A DNA stretch of 41,739 bases from a virus: positions 1 to 41,739 of the IMG/VR virus record IMGVR_UViG_3300011140_000001, one strand, 5' to 3'. Below are positions 16,622 to 25,628 of the stretch, piece after piece; positions within the stretch are counted from its first letter, which is position 1, and every line of letters starts with the position of its first letter. Position numbers and translations under genes: made by a program. The notes beneath the pieces were generated by a model, which was given only the letters and a program-made list of their open reading frames with translations, did no database searches and was not told where the DNA came from.

Positions 16622-16996
16622 ATGCCAGTAAAGAACACTTCATTCAGTCGAACCCTAGCAAATCTTCAACGTGGCGACACGATTGAACAACTCGATGAGC
16701 TTTTGACTGAAGCACTCCAAGCTTCAAACGACACAGGCAAAGTATCAAAAGTAACCGTTACTTTGACAATTAAACCTAATGGTCGTGGTACTTACAAAAT
16801 TCAGGACGATATTAAGTCCACTCTTCCTAAATTCGATAAAGAACCAACTGTTTTATTTACAGATGGCGATCAACAGCTTGTGCGTGAAGACCCGCGCCAA
16901 CAGAAATTGAATCTTGAGCACATTGATGCGGGCACGCCAACTGAGCTCAAGCAAATTCCAACTGAAAATAAACCAACAATTAAGCCTTTAAGTTAA
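16622..16996 (+). CDS. Hypothetical first gene of the PL-like operon
   Basis: The ATG at 16622 has RBS AGGTGA 5 nt upstream. The GTG at 16613 given in the ORF track is less likely. No family recognised. Confidence 0.6.
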   Translation: MPVKNTSFSRTLANLQRGDTIEQLDELLTEALQASNDTGKVSKVTVTLTIKPNGRGTYKIQDDIKSTLPKFDKEPTVLFTDGDQQLVREDPRQQKLNLEHIDAGTPTELKQIPTENKPTIKPLS

Positions 16997-17063
16997 TTCG
17001 TTAGCTTACTTAATAACTGTTTTAAATAACTTTTTCTAAACAAGCCATTACAGGTAAAAATCA

Positions 17064-17945
17064 ATGAGCGAACTTAACAATATTGCAGAAACTAACTACA
17101 AGCTAGGTCAAACAAGCCTGCAAAATGTCACTCAATCAACAGGTGTATTGCCTTTTGTTGTAGTCCCTGAAGGTAGTAAAGTTCATGAATTTGAAGTTTT
17201 GCTACAACGTCCTCTTAATTTAGTTCAAGGCGTTACATTACATACGGCAAAAGACTTTATTGCCTATGTTTCACGATATGCAGATAAAAACTCTTTAGTT
17301 TTTGTTGATGTATTAAGAGGCAAATTTAAAGCTGTACTCGATTATCACGAAGTTGATAAGTCAAATGAAAACGTAGGCGCTGTGATTTCGCCACGACATG
17401 GCAAACATGCAGCACATTTTATTGCTGAAAAAACACCTGAATTTAAAAAAATTGAAGAAAAATCAGGTGAAAAATTCAGCCAAACAAACTTTGCTTTGTT
17501 CTTAGAAGATGTAATGCCTTACATCAATCAACCAGACGCAGCAGTTTTGTATGAAATCGTACAAACATTGAATGCAAAAACTAATGTTGATTTTAAATCT
17601 GGCATCCGCACGGATAACGGCCAAGTTCAATTGACTTACAACGAAACAATTGAAGCACGTGCAGGTACTGCGGGCAATCTCACTATCCCTGAAAAAATCG
17701 TTTTCGGTATCCAAGTACATCGTGGCGGCAATCACTATGCCCTGCCTGCTCGTTTCCGCTATCGCATTAAAGAAGGTGTGATTACGTTCTGGTACGACTT
17801 AGACCAACTTGAAAAAGCTATCGAAAAATCAATGGAAGACACCGTTGAATACATCCGTGACGGAAAAACCATTGCTGAAGATGGCCAAGAAATTGAGTTA
17901 GCAGGCCTGCCTAACTATGTGCAGATTCTTGAAGGTTCAGTTTAA
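17064..17945 (+). CDS. DUF2303 (YfdQ-like) prophage protein
   Basis: 293 aa. Overall resemblance to the YfdQ family from memory (…FIAYVSRYADKNSLVFVD…KAVLDYHE…). Confidence 0.55.
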   Translation: MSELNNIAETNYKLGQTSLQNVTQSTGVLPFVVVPEGSKVHEFEVLLQRPLNLVQGVTLHTAKDFIAYVSRYADKNSLVFVDVLRGKFKAVLDYHEVDKSNENVGAVISPRHGKHAAHFIAEKTPEFKKIEEKSGEKFSQTNFALFLEDVMPYINQPDAAVLYEIVQTLNAKTNVDFKSGIRTDNGQVQLTYNETIEARAGTAGNLTIPEKIVFGIQVHRGGNHYALPARFRYRIKEGVITFWYDLDQLEKAIEKSMEDTVEYIRDGKTIAEDGQEIELAGLPNYVQILEGSV

Positions 17946-18059
17946 TTTTTTCTAAATTTTAGACATAAGAAAGCCCCGAAATTTTGGCGAAGGACGGGGC
18001 GATCTAAACAAGCATTACTTATTCACTGTTATTCAACAGCTAAAGATAACGGGGTCATT

Positions 18060-18647
18060 ATGGAACAGAACATTATGGTTAGTCAAATTTCAAATAATCA
18101 TCGTAATCTGATTAAAGGATTAATTCGAAAACAAAAAGTAAAGCGTATTAAAAATGCTTTGCGTATTAAGCGCGACCAATTAATTGCGGCAATTAAAGAC
18201 GCATATAAAAACAGCCCTGCTTTAGGTTTTGGAACATGTTTTATTGGCGGGATTGTTGTTTTGGTGGTGACGATGAGTTTTGCGCTAGCTTCTGCTCACA
18301 TGGCTTATAAGAATTTAGGCCCACAGCAAATAAGTATTTTTTCACCTATTTACACAGTAGATGATTTGGATTTAGGACCTTACAACGACTGCCATGTTGA
18401 TTGTCATGCATCAATTCTTACCAGTGATATGCGTTTTCGTATTGAAGTTGGTTTTGACTTTTCAGGATACGACAACAGCAATGGTTTTAACAGTGCTACA
18501 GGCATTCAGATCGAACGTTTAGAGCCAATCAATGTTGTTGATGAAGATGGTGTTGTAAATGCCTATATCGACCGCTTTGAGCTTGTAAAGATTAATGAAG
18601 CGCTTGAAGACTCAATTGAAACTAAATTAGCAAAGTTGGGTGGCTGA
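18060..18647 (+). CDS. Single-pass membrane protein of unknown function
   Basis: 195 aa. A basic N-terminus, the TM segment FGTCFIGGIVVLVVTMSFALASA and a ~110-aa C-terminal domain. The 3' end overlaps the exonuclease start. Confidence 0.6.
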   Translation: MEQNIMVSQISNNHRNLIKGLIRKQKVKRIKNALRIKRDQLIAAIKDAYKNSPALGFGTCFIGGIVVLVVTMSFALASAHMAYKNLGPQQISIFSPIYTVDDLDLGPYNDCHVDCHASILTSDMRFRIEVGFDFSGYDNSNGFNSATGIQIERLEPINVVDEDGVVNAYIDRFELVKINEALEDSIETKLAKLGG

Positions 18648-19629
18648 TATGAATACACAAATTGACCGTGAAAAATTCCTAGAAAACCGTAAGAAAGGTA
18701 TTGGCGGTTCAGATGTGGCAGCCATTCTAGGTTTTAGCCCTTATAAATCACCTTATCAATTATGGCTTGATAAAACAGGCCGTAGTGAGCAGTCAGAACA
18801 AAATGAATCTGCTCACTTTGGTAATTTACTTGAAGATGTAGTTGCTAAAGAGTTTTCACGCCGATCAGGTATGAAAGTTCAGCGCGTAAAACAGCAATTA
18901 TTTTTAAAAAATCACCCTTGGGCGCTTGGCAATATTGACCGTGCTGTGATTAATCCTGAAATTTCAGGGAATGTACGATTTAAAGATGGTGCATTGACTA
19001 CAGATCAATTGCTTGAATGCAAAACAGCAAGTGAATACATGAGTAAATTGTTCGGTGAACAAGACACTGATCAGATACCAGACTATTACCTAACACAATG
19101 TCTTTGGTATCTGATGATTACAGGCTGTCAAGTTATTCATTTAGCTGTGCTGATTGGTGGCAATAAGTTCCGTATGTATCGCATCGAACGCGATGAGGAC
19201 CTTATTAAATCTATTTTTAACCAAGTCAAAGCCTTCTGGTTTAACCATGTTTTAGCAGATGTACCACCAGAACCAACATGCTTTGATGATGTTTTACATC
19301 GTTGGTCTAAACACGTGGTGGGTAAACAGGTAGAAGCAACACGCGATCATTTAAAACTAGCTGAAGAACTAATCAAAGTTCAACAGGCTAAAAAAGATGC
19401 GGAAGCTCGCGAAGAAGCTATCAAGTTAGAAATCGCAACTTCTATGCAAGATGCTGAAATGATGATTAGTCAAGGTAAAGCTATCTGCACCTATAAAGCT
19501 CAATCTTCAACACGCATTGATACCAAAGTGTTGAAGGAAAAAGAACCTGAACTTTTTGAAAAATATTGCAGTACTAGCAGTACTCGAGTTTTTCGCATCG
19601 CAACCAAATTTAAAGAATCTCTAATTTAA
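18640..19629 (+). CDS. YqaJ/lambda Exo-like recombination exonuclease
   Basis: GIGGSDVAAILGFSPYKSPYQLWLDKTG is the YqaJ N-terminal signature. PD-(D/E)XK-like NIDR...LECK. Confidence 0.85.
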   Translation: MADMNTQIDREKFLENRKKGIGGSDVAAILGFSPYKSPYQLWLDKTGRSEQSEQNESAHFGNLLEDVVAKEFSRRSGMKVQRVKQQLFLKNHPWALGNIDRAVINPEISGNVRFKDGALTTDQLLECKTASEYMSKLFGEQDTDQIPDYYLTQCLWYLMITGCQVIHLAVLIGGNKFRMYRIERDEDLIKSIFNQVKAFWFNHVLADVPPEPTCFDDVLHRWSKHVVGKQVEATRDHLKLAEELIKVQQAKKDAEAREEAIKLEIATSMQDAEMMISQGKAICTYKAQSSTRIDTKVLKEKEPELFEKYCSTSSTRVFRIATKFKESLI

Positions 19630-19640
19630 GGAAACTTATC

Positions 19641-20573
19641 ATGAATGCATTAGTTCAAAACACTGGCTTTTTAACTCCAACCACATTAGCTGAAGCAATG
19701 CAGGTTGCGGATTTATTGGCAAACTCTGAAATTGTTCCAAAGGACTACCAGAAAAAACCAGGCAACATTTTAGTTGCAATGCAATGGGGTGCTGAAATTG
19801 GATTACAACCACTTCAAGCAATGCAAAACATTGCGGTGATTAATGGTCGCCCTTCTCTTTGGGGAGACGCTGTGCTTGCTCTTGTGCGTAGCTCAGGATT
19901 ACTTGAACAGTTTGAAGAAACTCAAACAGAAGATATGGCGACTTGTACAGTTAAGCGTAAAGGCCAAAAAGCTGTAACCAAAACTTTCACTAAAGAAGAT
20001 GCTAAACGTGCAGGTTTATTAAGTAAGCAAGGCCCTTGGACACAATATCCTAAACGTATGATGCAAATGCGTGCACGTGGATGGGCATTACGTGATGAGT
20101 TCACCGATATTCTAAAAGGCTTTGGCGTAGCTGAAGAAGAGCGTGATAAAGAAATTGATGTAACACCTGAACCATCAAGACTTCCAAAACATCAAGGTGC
20201 TGCGGGGTTAAAGGCTCAGTTGGCAGAACGTGAAGAACAGCAAGACAAGGTGTTTGAATTAAAAGTCTCTTTTGATGTTGAAAAATGCATCGAGGATATT
20301 GGGAAAGTTGAAAATCTAGCAGATTTAAAAACACTTGGCTCAACCATTCCTTCTGATCTTGGCGAACCGGCACAGACTGAAATTAAAAACGCATACGCAA
20401 ATCAGAAATTCTATCTTCAGCTTGTAGATGATTTGGAAGTTGCAAACTCAATTGAAGCTATCAATTCAATTATGGAAAAGCAATTTGAACCGAATACATC
20501 ATTCTTAACTGATGCACAAATTGATTCTGTCAGTGCATTATTTGAAAGAAAAACGGCTGAATTAACCGCTTAA
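19641..20573 (+). CDS. recT: RecT-family single-strand annealing protein
   Basis: The core GLQPLQAMQNIAVINGRPSLWGDAVLALV plus PWTQYPKRMMQMRARGWALRD. It is paired with the exonuclease gene. Confidence 0.75.
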   Translation: MNALVQNTGFLTPTTLAEAMQVADLLANSEIVPKDYQKKPGNILVAMQWGAEIGLQPLQAMQNIAVINGRPSLWGDAVLALVRSSGLLEQFEETQTEDMATCTVKRKGQKAVTKTFTKEDAKRAGLLSKQGPWTQYPKRMMQMRARGWALRDEFTDILKGFGVAEEERDKEIDVTPEPSRLPKHQGAAGLKAQLAEREEQQDKVFELKVSFDVEKCIEDIGKVENLADLKTLGSTIPSDLGEPAQTEIKNAYANQKFYLQLVDDLEVANSIEAINSIMEKQFEPNTSFLTDAQIDSVSALFERKTAELTA

Positions 20574-20644
20574 CTCACCAACACTTTTTACGTAATTTTT
20601 ATTCGAGCGCCCTTAATTTTAAGGGTGCTTAGGGAAATTCACCC

Positions 20645-22126
20645 ATGAAACCAACTTTTGAACAAAAACAAGCCATTGATATGGCAATTAATGGTGAGTC
20701 TTGCAAGGTTACGGCTTATGCAGGCGCAGGGAAAACATCAACACTTAAATTGATTGGTAATGCTAAAAGCTATCAATCTGGTATGTACTTGGCATTTAAC
20801 AAAGCAATTGCTACTGAAGCAGAAAGCAAATTTAATCGAAACGTTCGCTGCAAAACTTTCCATAGTCTTGCATTTAATTCGGTACCACGTTGGTTTACCA
20901 AAAAACTTAGTAACCGTCGCTTAATGTCGAATCAAATTGCATCACGTCATGACCTTGAATCGTATCAAGTACCTGTGGCCTTAACTAAACAGCGTGGTGA
21001 AGATGACCAAAAACGTTTATTCAATAATAAACGTATGGCTACATCTTTAATTAATGCCATTGGTTATTTTTGCCGATCTAATTATTCAGAAATCCAGTTG
21101 GCACAAGTTTATGCTGCTCTACCTGATTGGATGGAAGAAACTTATCGAGCTGAACTTGCAAAAATTCTTTTACCTAAGGCCAATGATTATTGGCAAGACA
21201 TTCTTGACCCGTTCGGTGTTAACCGTTTAGAGCACGACCACTATTTAAAATATTGGGCACTCAGTAAACCAGTCATCAACACAGATTTTATTTTGTTTGA
21301 TGAAGCACAAGATGCTGACCCGATCATGCTTAACGTTCTAAATAATCAAGGCGCTCAGGTCATTTATGTTGGTGACAGACACCAACAAATCTATGCATTT
21401 CGTGGTGCTGTAAATGCAATGCAATCGCTTGAAATACCTGAAACCCGACTAAGCCAGTCATTCCGTTTTGGTAAAGATATTGCAGACCTAGCAAACAAAA
21501 TTCTATTCAATGTGCTAGATGAAGAAATTCCTTTACGCGGTTTTGAACAAATTGAATCACAAGTTTGTGAAGTTCATGACAGCGTTGCCGATGCAATTAT
21601 TTTCCGGACTAATGCCGCTGCCCTTTCGCACATGGTTGAGCTTATCCAGTTAGGGCGTGAACCACGTCTTGAAGTTGATACAGCTACTTTAATTAAAAAT
21701 ATTGAAGATGCCAAAAAGGTTAAAGCAGGTGTACGCGTAGCCGATGGAAGTGCATTTGAAGGATTTAGTACTTGGGAAGAAGTGCTTGAATACAGTCACG
21801 AAGTTTCAAACAGTGACCTCAAACCACTTGTGAGCTTGATTGAAAAAGTAGGCGAAAACGCACTTATTGAAGCTTTATTAAAAAGCAGTTCAAACGACTA
21901 TGACTGTGTTGTGACAACGGCTCATAAATCAAAAGGCCTTGAATTTAACAAGGTCAAGTTGGGCGGTGACTATTTCTATAAAGAGGCAGTTTCTGAAGGT
22001 GAAAAGCCATTAACACCAGATGAAGCACGCCTGTTATATGTGGCCGCAACCCGCGCCAAAAAACAACTGGATATTACCGCCCTCAACCCTCTTTTCAAAA
22101 TCATTAATGCAGGAGTAGCAGCATGA
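20645..22126 (+). CDS. UvrD/PcrA-like superfamily 1 helicase
   Basis: Walker A AYAGAGKTS, Walker B ILFDEAQD, then VGDRHQQIYAFRG, TAHKSKGLEF and LYVAATRAK. Confidence 0.85.
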   Translation: MKPTFEQKQAIDMAINGESCKVTAYAGAGKTSTLKLIGNAKSYQSGMYLAFNKAIATEAESKFNRNVRCKTFHSLAFNSVPRWFTKKLSNRRLMSNQIASRHDLESYQVPVALTKQRGEDDQKRLFNNKRMATSLINAIGYFCRSNYSEIQLAQVYAALPDWMEETYRAELAKILLPKANDYWQDILDPFGVNRLEHDHYLKYWALSKPVINTDFILFDEAQDADPIMLNVLNNQGAQVIYVGDRHQQIYAFRGAVNAMQSLEIPETRLSQSFRFGKDIADLANKILFNVLDEEIPLRGFEQIESQVCEVHDSVADAIIFRTNAAALSHMVELIQLGREPRLEVDTATLIKNIEDAKKVKAGVRVADGSAFEGFSTWEEVLEYSHEVSNSDLKPLVSLIEKVGENALIEALLKSSSNDYDCVVTTAHKSKGLEFNKVKLGGDYFYKEAVSEGEKPLTPDEARLLYVAATRAKKQLDITALNPLFKIINAGVAA

Positions 22127-22356
22127 CTACAACAACCGTTGTTTCACTCGATCAAATTAGAGCTGCACTTGAGTCCAACACAACCAATGCACATGCAGAA
22201 GTAATGGCACTCCTAGAAAAGCCTTTACTTGAAGAAACATTGATCAAAACACGGGGCAACCAAACTAAGGCAGCCGAATTGCTTGGCCTGAACCGTGGCA
22301 CCCTACGCCAACGTTTGAAAGCTCACAACATTTTAAAAACAAAGGTGGCAGCATGA
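22123..22356 (+). CDS. Fis-like HTH DNA-binding protein
   Basis: LEKPLLEETLIKTRGNQTKAAELLGLNRGTLRQRLKAHNI aligns closely with the C-terminal half of E. coli Fis (…[29 protein letters not shown]). Confidence 0.75.
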   Translation: MTTTTVVSLDQIRAALESNTTNAHAEVMALLEKPLLEETLIKTRGNQTKAAELLGLNRGTLRQRLKAHNILKTKVAA

Positions 22357-22670
22357 CAGATTTGCATAAGTTAAGAAGTGAGTTTGAGGAAGCTTATTTA
22401 AGTGTTGGCGGTAAGCAGCGCGAACTTGAACTTGAAGATGGTGAATATACAAATTCTAAGGCTCAACTAGGTTGGGAATTATGGCAGATAAAAGCCAAAG
22501 ATCAGGCGGTGCCAGAGGGTTACTGTTTGGTACCGAAAGAGATTCCAGACAGCGTTGTTAGCTGTTTAGAAAATAGTGGATTCCATTGGGGCGATGGGAC
22601 TCGTGATCATTACACGCCTATTTATTCTTTGATGGTTGAAGTGGCAAGCGAATCGGGAGCTGAGGGATGA
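22353..22670 (+). CDS. Hypothetical protein
   Basis: 105 aa with coupled overlaps. Confidence 0.55.
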   Translation: MTDLHKLRSEFEEAYLSVGGKQRELELEDGEYTNSKAQLGWELWQIKAKDQAVPEGYCLVPKEIPDSVVSCLENSGFHWGDGTRDHYTPIYSLMVEVASESGAEG

Positions 22671-23014
22671 TTAATCAATTAAAACCAACTGAGATCATCC
22701 GGGATGAAATGGGTTGTTGGGTACATCCTGAATTTCTTAAATATCTAGATGACAATCATGCTGATCAAGAATGGTTAAGTCAAGGCGATTGGGATCAACT
22801 AAAGGAGCACTTCAATATTGTCACTACTCGACTTTATTTAGAAGGAAGTGTTTCTGATGATCAATTTTTGGAAATTATGGACTCATCGGATTTATCTAAA
22901 TGGGATCCGATTGCACCACATGGTTTTTTCTTAATAGATATCGGTTTTACTGAAGATGGTGCAGAAGCTTTGTTTGCCAAAGAGAAACTAATAGAAGGAG
23001 CTGAACAGTCATGA
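22667..23014 (+). CDS. Hypothetical acidic protein
   Basis: 115 aa with coupled overlaps. Confidence 0.55.
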   Translation: MINQLKPTEIIRDEMGCWVHPEFLKYLDDNHADQEWLSQGDWDQLKEHFNIVTTRLYLEGSVSDDQFLEIMDSSDLSKWDPIAPHGFFLIDIGFTEDGAEALFAKEKLIEGAEQS

Positions 23015-23214
23015 AACCATTTTATTTAGTTTGGAGCGAGGGCCGCGGCAATCCTACTTATAAACATGAAAGTTATGCGAGTGCTGAACGTGAAGCACAT
23101 CGATTGGCGAAACTTAATCCTGGTGAAGAATTTCATGTTTTGGTATCAAGTTGCACCCTTCATATTCCTGACCCAGTTATTAAAACAGAGCATTTGGAAG
23201 ACATGCCTTTTTAA
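23011..23214 (+). CDS. Hypothetical small protein
   Basis: 67 aa with a coupled overlap. Confidence 0.5.
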   Translation: MKPFYLVWSEGRGNPTYKHESYASAEREAHRLAKLNPGEEFHVLVSSCTLHIPDPVIKTEHLEDMPF

Positions 23215-23318
23215 ATATTTCTAATGAACATTCTTAGCAATGTTCTACAGGTGTAATCGCATTGCTGACCCTCTGTGATTACTCCTGAGAACATTGCTAA
23301 AACATAAGGTGTATAAAG

Positions 23319-23615
23319 ATGGGAAAATATATTGTTGTAGTTGAATCTGAAAAACCGCCTCAAATTTTTATACATGACGATGTACCAAACATCGGTAAGG
23401 TTTTAGAAATTAAAGCGGAGGAAATACCAAACCGTGTGCCGGCTTCATGGTTAATGGAACGGTACAATTTATCAAGAAAAACCATTATTGATGAATTAAG
23501 AGCGTTTAATCTTGGCGGTGATGGGAAGCACCTTTATAGTCCCGCTACTGTCATGCCAATTTTAGATAATCTAAATAAGGCTAAAGCCCAAAGGCAAGCA
23601 AGACGGAAAAATTAA
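23319..23615 (+). CDS. Excisionase-like DNA-binding protein candidate
   Basis: 98 aa, the last gene of the PL-like operon and next to attP. The HTH-like segment is SWLMERYNLSRKTIIDELRAF and the tail is basic. Confidence 0.4.
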   Translation: MGKYIVVVESEKPPQIFIHDDVPNIGKVLEIKAEEIPNRVPASWLMERYNLSRKTIIDELRAFNLGGDGKHLYSPATVMPILDNLNKAKAQRQARRKN

Positions 23616-23616
23616 A

Positions 23617-23637
23617 AAAGGCGCTATATGCGCCTTT
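23617..23637. terminator. Bidirectional terminator between convergent genes
   Basis: AAAGGCGC tatat GCGCCTTT, with an A run before it and T-rich sequence after it. Confidence 0.75.
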
Positions 23638-23639
23638 AA

Positions 23640-23963
23640 TTATTTTAATCCACTGAAAAGTTGCTTTCTCATATAATCCGATGCTGCTTTTTTCTGTAAA
23701 TCAACGAAACTTTCAAACCTAGTGTTTTCCCTGATGAAATTGTCTAAATCTTCTTCAGGAATATTTTCAATTTGTTCAACTGTCTCAATTTCAAAACCCG
23801 CATGTTTAAATAAATCAAAGATATCACTGTAATCGGTATTTGAGCTTATAAAATCAGGATTCACAATTTCAGTAAAGGAAGCGCCACCCTTCTGTTTTAA
23901 TTTTTCAGCATTTTTAGTAAGCTGTTTTAAACCTTTTAAATTTCCCGTAATTTTTACAGACAC
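23640..23963 (-). CDS. Hypothetical moron-type protein adjacent to attP
   Basis: 107 aa. GTG start with AAGGA upstream. Its orientation is opposite to both neighbours and an AT-rich upstream region runs to attP. Confidence 0.55.
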   Translation of the reverse strand: MSVKITGNLKGLKQLTKNAEKLKQKGGASFTEIVNPDFISSNTDYSDIFDLFKHAGFEIETVEQIENIPEEDLDNFIRENTRFESFVDLQKKAASDYMRKQLFSGLK

Positions 23964-24117
23964 TATCTTTTTTCCTTTTGTTTATGTAATGGAATGTTAT
24001 TAATATCTATTTTGCTCATAAAACGATATAAAATAAATATTTTATTACAATAAAATCTCCCTGCCCCCACTGCGCCACCACTCAATTTTAAGCAATTGAT
24101 TTATTTAAAATATTATA

Positions 24118-24165
<48 letters not shown>

Positions 24166-24187
24166 AAATTTGTTGTTAAAAATCAAT

Positions 24188-24225
24188 AAGCTGAAAGGTT
24201 CCAGTAACCTTTTGGCTTGTTTTTT
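24188..24225 (+). terminator. Terminator just downstream of the tRNA fragment
   Basis: AAGCtgAAAGGTT ccagt AACCTTTtgGCTT, then G and TTTTTT. Confidence 0.7.
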
Positions 24226-24379
24226 ATTGTCGATAGGTCAGCTATGGATATTCAAAATATCCATATTTCACATTAAAAAACGCTTTATATTTCCGTGCCG
24301 CCGCCAAAAAAGTGGGTGTCATTTGTACATCTTCAATTTTTGTCGGCAGTGCGCCACCATGAAATTTGGAGTGTTAAAA

Positions 24380-25393
24380 ATGCAGAAACCGACCCGTCGC
24401 GGCAACGCTTGGCGTATTGAAGTTCGTTTTAAGGGCAAGCGCTACGCTGCCACTCGTGACACAGCAAGTGAGTGTGAACAGTGGGCAGCAACCAAACTAT
24501 TAGAATTACAGTCTGAACAACCAACATCAGAACCTGAAAAAATCCATATTTCTTTTCAAGCCCTTTTTGATAAGTATTATCAAGATGAAGGTCGCAAAAT
24601 GAAAAGCGCCCGTTTAATTGTGCAAATGCTTAAATGCTTAAAGAAAAATTGGGGCGAACTTGCAGATGAATCTATACACAACCTAACTCCTGCCCTAGTC
24701 AAGCAATGGCGTGATAAGCGCCTAAAACAAGTTAAAGGTGCAACAGTCATTCGAGAAATGGCTATGTATAGTTCAGTTTTTGACTTTGCAAGAAAAGAAC
24801 TATTTTTAACTAAAGAAAATCCATTCAAAGAAATTACAAAGCCTTCAGCACCTCCGCCAAGGCACCAACGTATTAGCGATGACCATATTAATAAGGTAAT
24901 TAAAGGCTTGGATTATGAATGGGGTAAAACACCAACACAGCCGAGACACCGTGTCGCGTGGTCTTTTCTATTCGCCCTTGAGACAGCAATGCGTAAAGGT
25001 GAAATTCTAAGCGTACAAAAGTCACTAATCTTTACCGACTTTATCCGACTATTAGACACCAAGAACGGCTCATCTCGTGACGTACCCCTAACAGCTAAAG
25101 CAAAAGAAATGCTTTCTTGGTTGCCAGACGATCTAAACGATAGTCGTATGGTCCCTTTAACATCAAACGCATTTAGACTTATTTGGCAGCGTAATTTACG
25201 CCGTGTTGGGTTAGATGGGGTTATTACTTTTCACGATTCAAGACACGAAGCAATCACTCGCTTTGTTCATGACTATCGTTTGCCTGTTGAGATTCTTGCT
25301 AAAATTACAGGGCACAAAACTATTAGTGTATTAGTTAATACATATTACAATCCGACTGCATCTGAAATAGCCAAAATGCTAAACGCCGCATAA
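24380..25393 (+). CDS. int: Tyrosine integrase
   Basis: The catalytic set: R in ETAMRKGE, HDSRHEAITRF, and GHKT...NTYYNP with the Tyr. The start is taken at MQKPTRR, with GGAG 8 nt upstream. The 70-codon TTG extension in the ORF track runs through a terminator. Confidence 0.9.
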   Translation: MQKPTRRGNAWRIEVRFKGKRYAATRDTASECEQWAATKLLELQSEQPTSEPEKIHISFQALFDKYYQDEGRKMKSARLIVQMLKCLKKNWGELADESIHNLTPALVKQWRDKRLKQVKGATVIREMAMYSSVFDFARKELFLTKENPFKEITKPSAPPPRHQRISDDHINKVIKGLDYEWGKTPTQPRHRVAWSFLFALETAMRKGEILSVQKSLIFTDFIRLLDTKNGSSRDVPLTAKAKEMLSWLPDDLNDSRMVPLTSNAFRLIWQRNLRRVGLDGVITFHDSRHEAITRFVHDYRLPVEILAKITGHKTISVLVNTYYNPTASEIAKMLNAA

Positions 25394-25397
25394 TAAG

Positions 25398-25424
25398 AAG
25401 CCCCTATTTAGGGGCTTTATTTTA
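25398..25424. terminator. Bidirectional terminator between int and the end of the late operon
   Basis: AAGCCCCT attt AGGGGCTT, then TATTTT. Confidence 0.75.
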
Positions 25425-25619
25425 AGTATCTTGTTTCTTGGCAAATTGCCACCAAGTTTTGTTGTAATAGACTTGGTTTTGCAAAAAGTTAATTTTTAAT
25501 TCATTGCCGTTATAATCATAGAGCTTGGTTACTTCACCGTTTTTGTTTATGTCAGCAAGCAAGTTGCATGTGTGCTCAGCCTTGCCTGCCTCCATAACCA
25601 TAATCATTACTTGCGCCAT
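25422..25619 (-). CDS. Hypothetical small protein, last gene of the late operon
   Basis: 65 aa with no TM segment or signal peptide. Confidence 0.45.
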   Translation of the reverse strand: MAQVMIMVMEAGKAEHTCNLLADINKNGEVTKLYDYNGNELKINFLQNQVYYNKTWWQFAKKQDT

Positions 25620-25628
25620 TTTATAAAC

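Noticed and set aside
17973-18000. The hairpin GCCCCG…CGGGGC after the DUF2303 gene as a terminator
   Set aside because: The loop is 16 nt and no U tract follows. It is too weak to call.
20610-20632. The inverted repeat GCGCCCTTAAttTTAAGGGTGC between recT and the helicase gene as a terminator
   Set aside because: The stem is short with a mismatch, and no U tract follows. It may be a processing or pause site, but the evidence is insufficient.
24170-24379. The 70-codon N-terminal extension of the integrase ORF (TTG start at 24170)
   Set aside because: It runs through the tRNA-fragment terminator and a palindrome. It has an implausible composition (MLLKINKLKGSSNLLACFLL…) and no RBS. The ATG at 24380 has GGAG at proper spacing and matches typical integrase N-termini.
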